Source: an uncultured Nitrososphaeria archaeon (GTDB taxonomy: Archaea > Thermoproteota > Nitrososphaeria > JACIWG01). Taken from it: a DNA stretch of 64,000 nt. The translations under genes were made by a program, and so were the position numbers. Each line of letters opens with the position of its first letter. The first letter of the stretch is position 1. The DNA is taken from contig CAYUWR010000010.1 of assembly GCA_964448685.1 (NCBI GenBank), forward strand, positions 1,144 to 65,143, read 5' to 3'. This document shows, piece by piece, positions 28,648 to 36,808 of this stretch. The notes under the pieces are model-generated. The model did not search any database. It had not been told where the DNA came from and was given only the letters and a program-made list of their open reading frames with translations.

Positions 28648-28672
28648 CTGCCCTGCTAGATTATAAGGGCAG
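28648..28672 (+). promoter_or_regulatory. 7-bp stem hairpin (CTGCCCT-N11-AGGGCAG) between the leader stop and ilvB ATG
   Basis: Starts 2 nt after the leader TAA and ends 11 nt before ilvB ATG. The loop contains ATTATAA. No oligo-T follows it. Confidence 0.4.
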
Positions 28673-28683
28673 GTGACAAAAAA

Positions 28684-30366
28684 ATGGTTCAGCTCTCCGG
28701 CTCCCATGCTCTCGTTGAAGTCTTGAGGCAAGAGGGAGTCGAGATCTTGTTCGGTTATCCAGGAGGCGCAATCATACCAGTCTACGACGACCTCATGGAC
28801 AGCGGGATAAGACATATCCTTGCAAGACACGAGCAGAGCGCCGCACACATGGCAGACGGGTATGCTAGAGCCTCTGGAAAAGTTGGCGTCGCAATCGCGA
28901 CGTCAGGTCCGGGGGCGACAAATCTTGTTACAGGTATAGCCACAGCCTACCTTGACTCATCTCCAATAGTCGCGATAACAGGCCAAGTTCCAACAAGCCT
29001 CCTTGACACAGACGCATTCCAAGAAGCCGATGTCCCCGCAATATTCAATTCTATCTCAAAGTATGTGTTTCAGCCGAGGTCGCCTACTGAGGTAGCCTAT
29101 AGCGTGAAGGCTGCATTCTATATCGCGTCGACTGGTAGAACAGGCCCAGTTGTAGTTGACATACCGAAAGATGTCCAGACGAGGACAGGAGACGTAGTCT
29201 TTCCAAAGGAGGTGAGGATAAGAGGGTATGTTCCACACATCAGCCCAGACCCTGCATCAGTCAAGAGGGCAGCCAGAACCCTCATGAACGCTGAAAGACC
29301 AGTCATATTGGCAGGCGGCGGAGTCAAAAGAAACAGGGCTGAAGACATCCTCGTGGCAATAGCCGAGCATCTCATGATACCTGTTGTCACGACCTTGATG
29401 GGCAAGGGAGCCTTCCCAGAAGAACACCCCCTATCATTGGGCACTATAGGAATGCATGGCACATATCAAGCCAACACGATCATGGCAGAGGCTGATGTCG
29501 TAGTCGCCTTCGGCACCAGGTTTTCTGATCGATCGACCATGAACACAGCAGAGTTTTCAAACGGGAAGAAGGTGATCCAATTCGACATCGACCCAACCGA
29601 AGTCAGCAAGAACATTGAGCCAACAGACTCCGTCATCGGAGACCTAAAGGCCTCCATGACCATGTTCTATCAGCAGATAAAAGAGAACGCTTGCATGAAA
29701 GAGGATTCTCCTTGGCTGAAGAAGGCGATGGAACTGAGGAGAGAATATGATGACAAGATCTTCGGAAACAACCATAGCAGACTCTCACCCCCAAAGATCA
29801 TCAAGAAGATAAGGGAAATACTACCTCCTGAGGCGATCGTCGCCACCGAGGTTGGACAGAACCAGATGTGGACCCAACTATACTTTAAGGTGAAGAAGCC
29901 TGGCATGTTCATAACAAGCGGAGGCCTGGGAACAATGGGATTCGGCTTCCCAGCAGCAATCGGCGCAAAAGCCGCCAAACCTTCAGTTCCAGTCTTAGAT
30001 GTCGCAGGCGACGGAAGCTTCCAAATGACATGTAACTCTCTAGCCACAAGCGTGTCAGAGAAGCTTCCTGTCATCGTATGCATCCTAAACAACAGCTCAC
30101 TCGGCCTCGTGGCACAATGGCAACGGACATTCTACAATAGAAGATGCTTTGCAACATGGCTTGGGCAGGCACCAGATTTCGTTCAGCTAGCCAAAGCCTA
30201 TGGAGCAGAAGGCTTCAGGGTCCAGAGCCTAGACGAACTAGAGAGGGCGCTGAAGCAGGCACTAGGATATGAGGTTGCAACCGTAATCGACATACCTATT
30301 TCTCCGGAAGAGGATGTCCTACCGTTTGTTCCATCTGGAGGAAGCCTAAAGGATATGCTGGTGTGA
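28684..30366 (+). CDS. ilvB: Acetolactate synthase large (catalytic) subunit
   Basis: 560 aa. GSHALVEVLRQEGVEILFGYPGGAIIPVYD...TSGPGATNLVTG...GLGTMGFGFPAAIGAK...GDGSFQM. Confidence 0.93.
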   Translation: MVQLSGSHALVEVLRQEGVEILFGYPGGAIIPVYDDLMDSGIRHILARHEQSAAHMADGYARASGKVGVAIATSGPGATNLVTGIATAYLDSSPIVAITGQVPTSLLDTDAFQEADVPAIFNSISKYVFQPRSPTEVAYSVKAAFYIASTGRTGPVVVDIPKDVQTRTGDVVFPKEVRIRGYVPHISPDPASVKRAARTLMNAERPVILAGGGVKRNRAEDILVAIAEHLMIPVVTTLMGKGAFPEEHPLSLGTIGMHGTYQANTIMAEADVVVAFGTRFSDRSTMNTAEFSNGKKVIQFDIDPTEVSKNIEPTDSVIGDLKASMTMFYQQIKENACMKEDSPWLKKAMELRREYDDKIFGNNHSRLSPPKIIKKIREILPPEAIVATEVGQNQMWTQLYFKVKKPGMFITSGGLGTMGFGFPAAIGAKAAKPSVPVLDVAGDGSFQMTCNSLATSVSEKLPVIVCILNNSSLGLVAQWQRTFYNRRCFATWLGQAPDFVQLAKAYGAEGFRVQSLDELERALKQALGYEVATVIDIPISPEEDVLPFVPSGGSLKDMLV

Positions 30367-30866
30367 CTATGACTGAAACTGGAAAAGATGGCCTAAAGAC
30401 CGTCTCACTGCTTGTAGAAAACAAGCCAGGTGTACTATTCAGAGTCGTAAGCCACTTCAAGAGGAGAAACTATAACATAGAAAGCATAGCTGTCGGCCCA
30501 ACCGAGGATAAGACAGTCTCCAGAATCGTCATCACAATGGTAGCCGATAGGAGAAGCATGAACTCCTTCGTCAGGCTGCTGAGGAGGACGATAGACGTCC
30601 TAGAGGTCAAGACAGTCGAAGAAGACGAGGTCGTAGCCCGCGAGCTCGCACTCGTCAAAATATCGGCAAGAGACCGAGACGCCAGAGAACAGGCCATCGC
30701 ATACGCAAAGTCCAGAGGGGCAAAGGTGGCTGAAGTAACAGAGACCACAGTCGTCCTAGAGGTTTCAGACACCTTTGAGAGGGTAGAAGACTTTATAAAT
30801 TCAGCTTCAGGGTTTAATGTGAGTGGAATTTCGAGAACAGGTGTAACCGTGATTGAGAAACAGTAG
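30363..30866 (+). CDS. ilvN: Acetolactate synthase small (regulatory) subunit
   Basis: 167 aa. ACT domain VSLLVENKPGVLFRVVSHFKRRNYNIESIAVGPTED. Overlaps the ilvB stop. Confidence 0.88.
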   Translation: MTMTETGKDGLKTVSLLVENKPGVLFRVVSHFKRRNYNIESIAVGPTEDKTVSRIVITMVADRRSMNSFVRLLRRTIDVLEVKTVEEDEVVARELALVKISARDRDAREQAIAYAKSRGAKVAEVTETTVVLEVSDTFERVEDFINSASGFNVSGISRTGVTVIEKQ

Positions 30867-30880
30867 ATATCCATCAGGGG

Positions 30881-31876
30881 ATGAAGATGGCGAAAATATA
30901 CTATGATTCAGACACAAGCCTAAGTCCGCTGCATGAGAAGAAGGTTGCAATAATAGGCTACGGCAGCCAGGGAAGAGCTCACGCGTTAAACCTACGCGAT
31001 TCCGGAATAGACGTTACCGTAGGCTTGAGAAGGGGGGGAGCTAGCTGGAATAAGGCAGGCGAAGACGGCTTCAAGCCAGAGGAAGTCGACAACGCCTCCC
31101 ACGAAGCCGACATTATAATGATCTTAACCCCGGACACAACACACAACACCCTCTACATGACATCGATCAAGGACAACTTGAAGGCTGGAAAGGCACTGGG
31201 CTTCGCCCACGGCTACGCCATAAGATTCGGGCTCATCAAGCCACCCAAGTACGTGGACGTGTTCATGGTAGCTCCAAAGGGGCCAGGCGCCAAGGTGAGA
31301 GAAACCTTCTTGAACAAGTTTGGGGTGCCTGCCCTGATAGCCGTTGAACAGAACTACAGTGGAAAGGCAAAGGAGCTGGCTCTAGCATATGCGAAAGCGC
31401 TCGGCGCAACCAGAGCAGGAGTCCTAGAGACCACCTTCGCAGAGGAGACAGAATCAGACCTATTAGGCGAACAGGCTGTCCTATGCGGCGGCGTAGTAAG
31501 CCTAATAGAAAAAGGCTACGAGGTTCTAACAGAAGCCGGATACCAACCTGAACTGGCCTACTTCGAAGTATGCAACGAACTCAAACTCATAGTTGACCTA
31601 ATATATGAGAAGGGGCTTAAAGGCATGCTGACGTCCGTCAGCGACACAGCAAAATACGGCTGTCTGACAAAAGGATATGAAATCGTTGACGATCACGTAA
31701 AACAGAACATGAAGAAAGCCCTTGAAGAGATCAGGAACGGAAAGTTTGCAGAAAGATGGACAGGCAGCATGCCATCAAGCACCAGACAGCTTGCAGAAAT
31801 GATGGCCAAATTGGATGAAAAAGAGATAGAGAAGGTAGGACGCCAGATAAGGAGACTCGCTGGGATAGAAAGATGA
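30881..31876 (+). CDS. ilvC: Ketol-acid reductoisomerase
   Basis: 331 aa. KVAIIGYGSQGRAHALNLRDSG...GFAHGYAIRFG...LLGEQAVLCGG. Confidence 0.93.
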   Translation: MKMAKIYYDSDTSLSPLHEKKVAIIGYGSQGRAHALNLRDSGIDVTVGLRRGGASWNKAGEDGFKPEEVDNASHEADIIMILTPDTTHNTLYMTSIKDNLKAGKALGFAHGYAIRFGLIKPPKYVDVFMVAPKGPGAKVRETFLNKFGVPALIAVEQNYSGKAKELALAYAKALGATRAGVLETTFAEETESDLLGEQAVLCGGVVSLIEKGYEVLTEAGYQPELAYFEVCNELKLIVDLIYEKGLKGMLTSVSDTAKYGCLTKGYEIVDDHVKQNMKKALEEIRNGKFAERWTGSMPSSTRQLAEMMAKLDEKEIEKVGRQIRRLAGIER

Positions 31877-33378
31877 ACGAACGTGTATACGTCTTCGACA
31901 CAACCCTCAGAGATGGTGAACAGACACCTGAAGTCAGCCTGACAGCAGACGACAAGCTTCAGATCGCCATCCAGTTAGACCGGCTCGGAGTCGACGTCAT
32001 AGAAGCAGGATTCCCCATCAGCAGCGAAGGCGAATATCAGGCGATAAAGAAGATAACACAGCAGAAGCTTAATGCGAAGATATGTGCACTAGCCAGAGCA
32101 GTAAAGAGCGACATGGACAGAGCCTTAGACTCAGACGTCGACAGAGTACACGTTTTCATAGCCACATCAGACATCCACCTAAAGCATAAACTGAAGATGA
32201 CCAGAGAGCAGGCCTATCAGAAGGCTGTCGAAGCCGTCGAATACCTCAGAGGCCACGGCGTAGAAGTTGAATTCTCCGCAGAAGATGCGACGAGAACAGA
32301 CATCGACTTCCTGAAAAGGGTTTACGAGGGAGCCTCCAAGGCAGGAGCAGACTACCTCGACATAGCGGACACGGTGGGTATAGCCCGCCCAGACACGATG
32401 ACAAAGCTGGTGGAGGCAGTCAAGAGCGTTTCAGCCAAGTCGATAGTGAGCGTCCACTGCCACAACGACTTCGGCCTCGCAGCGTCAAACACTATAGCGG
32501 GAGTCGTCGCGGGCGCAAGACAGTTCCACGCGACCGTAAACGGAATAGGAGAGAGAGCCGGAAACGCCAGCCTAGAAGAGGTTGCGATGGCCCTAGACAT
32601 CCTCTACGGCTACAAGCTCAAAATCAACAAGAAGCTGATATATCAGACGAGCCGTCTCGTCTCAAGGCTGACAGGACTCTATGTCCAACCAAACAAGGCG
32701 ATCGTAGGAGACAACGCATTTGGACATGGAGCAGGGATACATACCCATGGCGTAATAGAGGAGCCCTCAACATATGAGTCGATCAAACCCGAAATGGTCG
32801 GAAAGAAGAGGTGGCTAACAGCCGGAAAATATGCAGGATCACATGGCATAAGGGCACAACTGGAAGCTCTCGGCATAAAGCCGAAGGAAGAGCAGCTCAA
32901 GACGATCGTCCTAAAGGTGAAGGAGCTTGGAGACAGGGGAAAGCTGGTGACAGACAGCGACCTCGCAGCCATAGCAAATTCTGTACTCGGCCAAGTGAGT
33001 GCAGAAGAGAGGGCTCTAAGCTTAGAAGAGTTCATAGTGGTCACAGGACACAAGGTGATGCCGACCGCTTCGATCAAGGTAAGATTTGATGGAAAAGAGT
33101 ATGCCGCCTCCCAGATGGGAGTCGGGCCAGTAGACGCCGCGATGAAGGCGATCCAAGAAGTCCTCAAAGACACGTTAAAGGTGAGCCTAAAAGAGTATAG
33201 AATCGAGGCCGTGACAGGAGGCTCCGACGCCCTCGCCGAAGTCACAGTCAGAGTCGAGGACGCAAACAACCTTCAAGCTTCAGCGAGGACAGCTGGCTCA
33301 GACATCGTCCAGACGAGCGTGGAAGCAATGCTGGAAGGCATCAACAAGCTACTCCTCAAGAGAAAGTATCAGAGATGA
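31873..33378 (+). CDS. leuA: 2-isopropylmalate synthase (a citramalate synthase of the same family cannot be excluded)
   Basis: 501 aa. VFDTTLRDGEQTPEV...HCHNDFGLAASNTIAGV...; C-terminal LeuA-dimer-like regulatory domain. Confidence 0.85.
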   Translation: MNERVYVFDTTLRDGEQTPEVSLTADDKLQIAIQLDRLGVDVIEAGFPISSEGEYQAIKKITQQKLNAKICALARAVKSDMDRALDSDVDRVHVFIATSDIHLKHKLKMTREQAYQKAVEAVEYLRGHGVEVEFSAEDATRTDIDFLKRVYEGASKAGADYLDIADTVGIARPDTMTKLVEAVKSVSAKSIVSVHCHNDFGLAASNTIAGVVAGARQFHATVNGIGERAGNASLEEVAMALDILYGYKLKINKKLIYQTSRLVSRLTGLYVQPNKAIVGDNAFGHGAGIHTHGVIEEPSTYESIKPEMVGKKRWLTAGKYAGSHGIRAQLEALGIKPKEEQLKTIVLKVKELGDRGKLVTDSDLAAIANSVLGQVSAEERALSLEEFIVVTGHKVMPTASIKVRFDGKEYAASQMGVGPVDAAMKAIQEVLKDTLKVSLKEYRIEAVTGGSDALAEVTVRVEDANNLQASARTAGSDIVQTSVEAMLEGINKLLLKRKYQR

Positions 33379-34394
33379 AGTACAACATAGCTTGGGTGCA
33401 TGGAGACGGCATAGGACCAGAAATATCGAAGGCAGCATTGAAGATTCTGGACACTCTAAGGGAAAAACGTGCACTCGACCTAAAAATATCCTTCTACCAT
33501 GCCGGAGACCACTGCAAAAGCAGCTTCGGCGTCCCATTACCAGATGCAACCATCGATGGAATAAGGCAGGCTGACGCGACTGTGAAAGAGCCTGTAGGCG
33601 AAAGCGCCGCAGACGTGATAGTCAGACTCCGCAGAATGCTCGACCTATACGCGAACATAAGGCCAGCCAAAAACTATGAGAAGCACCCATACTTTAACGA
33701 CATCGACCTCATAATAGTCAGAGAGAATACAGAAGACCTATACAGCGGCATAGAATTCGACATAGACAGTGGAGCAGTCGCTCTGAGGATAATAACAGAG
33801 AAGGCTTCACTGCGGATTGCAGAGGTAGCGGCGAAGCTGGCTCTTTCAAGAAGAAGAAAGGTTACAATCGTCCACAAAGCTAACGTGATGAAGAAGACCT
33901 GTGGACTGTTCGCGAAAACCGTCAAAGAGAAGCTGGCAGAATATCCTGAACTCACAGTAGACGAGATGTATGTGGATGCTGCAAGCATGGCGCTGATAAG
34001 AAGACCTGAATCATTTGACATAATAGCCACCACAAACCTCTTCGGAGACATATTGAGTGACGAAGCTGCCCAGGTAGCCGGAGGCCTTGGGATGGCTGCA
34101 TCCGCAAACATAGGCACATCGATGGCAATATTTGAGCCAGTACACGGCTCAGCACCCGACATAGCAGGCAAGGAAATCGCAAACCCATATTCAATGATAC
34201 TATCGTGCAAGATGATGCTTGACTGGCTACATAGCCGAAACGGCGACAGAAGGCTTTCAGAGGCAGCTCAAGACATAGAGCAGGCCTGCATAAGAGGCCT
34301 ACAGATGAACGTGAAGACCCCAGACATAGGGGGAGAACTTAAGACCCAGCAGGTAGCCGAAAAGCTATGTGATCTCATATCTGAGACAGCTTGA
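33375..34394 (+). CDS. leuB: 3-isopropylmalate dehydrogenase
   Basis: 339 aa. HGDGIGPE...LYANIRP...VRENTEDLYSG...NLFGDILSDEAAQVAGGLG. Sits within the leu operon. Confidence 0.88.
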   Translation: MKYNIAWVHGDGIGPEISKAALKILDTLREKRALDLKISFYHAGDHCKSSFGVPLPDATIDGIRQADATVKEPVGESAADVIVRLRRMLDLYANIRPAKNYEKHPYFNDIDLIIVRENTEDLYSGIEFDIDSGAVALRIITEKASLRIAEVAAKLALSRRRKVTIVHKANVMKKTCGLFAKTVKEKLAEYPELTVDEMYVDAASMALIRRPESFDIIATTNLFGDILSDEAAQVAGGLGMAASANIGTSMAIFEPVHGSAPDIAGKEIANPYSMILSCKMMLDWLHSRNGDRRLSEAAQDIEQACIRGLQMNVKTPDIGGELKTQQVAEKLCDLISETA

Positions 34395-34419
34395 TAAGCC
34401 AACAGCCTCTTCTTGCACA

Positions 34420-34794
34420 ATGATTATAAACGATCGCATACAATTATCGTATGGCGAAAAATTGTTGTTCAGCAAAAGTTTCTCAGTCGCCGTAATGGTG
34501 TCAGATGCCAAAGCATCAGCAAAGTGGTACAGAGAAAAGCTTGGCTTCAATTCTTCAGAAGAAGGACACTGGGTTACAGTGTGGCCGAAGGGAGCGCAAT
34601 GGAAGATCCACCTATGCCAAGGAAAACTGGAGCCAGGCAACACTGGCATAGCCTTCTACTGCGATAACCTGGCCAAGACCGTCAAACAGCTAAAAGCCAA
34701 GGGTGTAAAATTCAGCCAAGACGTGAAAAAGGAAGACTGGGGCACATACGCCATGATAGAAGACCCAGATGGAAACATCTTCTGGCTAATGTAG
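34420..34794 (+). CDS. Glyoxalase/VOC-family protein
   Basis: FSVAVMVSDAKASAKWYREKLGF...IAFYCDNLAKTVKQLKAKGVKF...YAMIEDPDGNIFWL. The start is uncertain (ATG 34420; the ORF track begins at 34369, overlapping leuB). Confidence 0.65.
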   Translation: MIINDRIQLSYGEKLLFSKSFSVAVMVSDAKASAKWYREKLGFNSSEEGHWVTVWPKGAQWKIHLCQGKLEPGNTGIAFYCDNLAKTVKQLKAKGVKFSQDVKKEDWGTYAMIEDPDGNIFWLM

Positions 34795-34824
34795 AGAAGA
34801 TCGTAGAATTCTGGGCTCACCCAA

Positions 34825-34830
34825 TTTTTT
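34825..34830 (+). terminator. Oligo-T tract (T6), candidate archaeal terminator for the ilv-leu operon
   Basis: TTTTTT 31 nt downstream of the VOC stop. Archaeal RNAP terminates at oligo-T. Confidence 0.35.
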
Positions 34831-34977
34831 AGAAAACTCCCGCAGCCTACTGATGCACCACCATCACATGATCAACAGATGTCTACTCTTGCTACCACAC
34901 AACTTCAAGATTCAACATATTATGTTCTGGATCTTCCAAGCACAGACTGGGGGATCGATTAGACTACAATAGCGGGG

Positions 34978-36423
34978 TTAACCTTTGACGACACCTATCG
35001 GAACTATCCTAGCAACCTTCGTGGCAATACCGACCCTATCTGAGACATCAGCCACCACATCAACGTCCTTGTAGGCCTCCGGAGCTTCTTCGCTTACAAC
35101 CTTGATGTCCGCAGCCTCCAAGAGTATCCCATGACCCTCCAGCTCCCTCTTAACTTCAAACCCACTTCTAGAACGTAAGGCGCCAGCCCTGCTCATCATG
35201 CGTCCAGCACCATGGGCAGTACTGCCAAAACTCTTTGCCATCGCAATCTCGTTACCTACAAGAATCCAACTCGATGTGCCCATAGAGCCTGGAATAAGAA
35301 CAGGTTGGCCGACACCTCGATACCTCAAAGGAACTTCAACCCTACCCTTCGGAAAGGCTCTGGTAGCACCCTTACGGTGAACAACAACCTTCACCCTCTC
35401 ACCATCGACAACGTGCTCTTCGACCTTCGCAATATTATGTGCTACATCATAGACCAGCTTCAGCTCCCCTTCGCCGACACCAAACGTCTTACTGAAGGCT
35501 CTTCGAACCCAGTGAGTGATCATCTGACGATTAGCCCAGGCAAAGTTTGCGGCAGCAGCCATCGCACCCAAATAGTCTCTTCCCTCAGGACTGTCCACAG
35601 GGACACTGGCCAATTCACGATCAGGCAACATAATATTATATTTTCGAGAAGCCTGCTCCATCAACCTAAGATAGTCGCTGCACACCTGATGACCTAGACC
35701 ACGGCTTCCAGTGTGAACCCACAACATCACCTCGCCCTCTTCAACAATGCCAAAGACCTTAGCAACGGAAGCGTCATAGACCTTATCCACAAGACCAACC
35801 TCCAGAAAGTGGTTGCCGCTACCCAGGCTACCGAGCTGAGGAGCACCACGCTGCTTCGCATTAGAACTAACACGCCTAGAATCAGCCAACCTCATACACC
35901 CATTTTCTTCACAGAACTCCCTATCTTCAGCAAAACCGTAGCCGTTTCCAACAGCCCAGTCAACCCCATCATCCAAAACCCTATCCAGCTCGCCGACACT
36001 CAAACGAACCTGACCCCTGCTACCCAAACCACTAGGCACCTGAACAAACAACTCATGAACCAACTGCCTCAACCTAGGACGAACATCACGCTCAAACAAA
36101 GGAGTAGAAATCAACCTCACACCACAATTTATGTCATAACCTACGCCACCAGGACTCACCACACCATCATCAAAGCTAGTGGCAGCAACACCACCAATAG
36201 GAAATCCATAGCCTTCATGACCGTCAGGAAGTACAATTGAAAACTTTTGGACACCGGGCAAATGAGCTACGTTCACAGCCTGCTCCAGCGTCCTGTCCTC
36301 AAGCATCTTATGTAAGAGTTGTTCGTTTGCGTAGATTTTTACTGGGACTCTCATTCCTTCTTTTGCGCCCTTAGGTATCTCATATTCTACTTCTGAAACC
36401 TTTTGAGGCGCATATTTTGCCAT
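34978..36423 (-). CDS. rtcB: RNA-splicing ligase RtcB
   Basis: 481 aa. LPGVQKFSIVLPDGHEGYGFPIGGV...GYDINCGVR...GSGNHFLEV...HTGSRGLGHQV...HNIAKVEEH. Confidence 0.95.
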   Translation of the reverse strand: MAKYAPQKVSEVEYEIPKGAKEGMRVPVKIYANEQLLHKMLEDRTLEQAVNVAHLPGVQKFSIVLPDGHEGYGFPIGGVAATSFDDGVVSPGGVGYDINCGVRLISTPLFERDVRPRLRQLVHELFVQVPSGLGSRGQVRLSVGELDRVLDDGVDWAVGNGYGFAEDREFCEENGCMRLADSRRVSSNAKQRGAPQLGSLGSGNHFLEVGLVDKVYDASVAKVFGIVEEGEVMLWVHTGSRGLGHQVCSDYLRLMEQASRKYNIMLPDRELASVPVDSPEGRDYLGAMAAAANFAWANRQMITHWVRRAFSKTFGVGEGELKLVYDVAHNIAKVEEHVVDGERVKVVVHRKGATRAFPKGRVEVPLRYRGVGQPVLIPGSMGTSSWILVGNEIAMAKSFGSTAHGAGRMMSRAGALRSRSGFEVKRELEGHGILLEAADIKVVSEEAPEAYKDVDVVADVSDRVGIATKVARIVPIGVVKG

Positions 36424-36427
36424 CTTG

Positions 36428-36466
36428 GATCACCTCTTTCGAGAGCATGTTTTCTCGGAGGTGATC
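36428..36466 (-). promoter_or_regulatory. SD-sequestering hairpin in the rtcB 5' UTR (GAUCACCUC...GAGGUGAUC, 9+5 bp)
   Basis: On the mRNA: 5'-GAUCACCUC CGAGA AAACAUGC UCUCG AAA GAGGUGAUC-3', followed by CAAG AUG. The upstream arm equals the 16S rRNA 3'-tail sequence. Confidence 0.5.
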
Positions 36467-36471
36467 TCCAT
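36430..36471 (-). other. Possible 13-codon uORF (MEITSEKTCSRKR*) spanning the rtcB hairpin
   Basis: ATG 36471 is preceded by GGAGGAAA. Its TGA stop lies inside the rtcB SD (GAGGUGAUC), 6 nt before the rtcB ATG. My own translation; speculative. Confidence 0.25.
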
Positions 36472-36518
36472 TTTCCTCCAAGAAGAATTTTGTTCACTAA
36501 CAGATTGTAGGCTCATGG

Positions 36519-36526
36519 TTTATAAA
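36519..36526. promoter_or_regulatory. Palindromic TATA box TTTATAAA, candidate rtcB promoter (about 70-nt 5' UTR)
   Basis: It is the only TATA-like element between the hairpin and the AT-rich tract. No closer candidate lies upstream of rtcB. Confidence 0.35.
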
Positions 36527-36808
36527 TTTTTAATATTGTGAGTTAGTTTTTAATATCTTGCATTTTTACTTTTTAAGGTACATGCTATCCTTATACCTCT
36601 CAGGAACATTCCCTGACTTTATGAAGATAGAAAGGCTTTTCAAAGAACTGTACAAGTACGCTTCCCCTAAAAATTAAGTCAGAAAATAGAATATTATTTT
36701 ATTATATTCTTTTGCCGCTATTGTCCAATTATCCTCTCCCTTCAATGCTTATTTTTGTTAGATTTCTTGTCTTTTTTACTTGAAACGTTTCTTAAAGAAT
36801 CCGTTATC

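Noticed and set aside
28541-28666. An alternative 41-codon Cys-rich ORF (MNCGCLIANEKV...CTHCISCPARL*) in the ilv leader region.
   Set aside because: Its ATG abuts the TATA box, so it is upstream of the predicted transcription start. It has no SD and no functional logic. The ILV-rich ORF in the other frame fits the promoter geometry better.
28659-28668. A TATA-like AGATTATAAG inside the second leader hairpin, as an independent ilvB promoter.
   Set aside because: Its centre is only about 20 nt from the ilvB ATG, compared with about 29-30 nt at other leaderless genes here. It is not fully excluded and remains the main alternative to the leader-peptide model.
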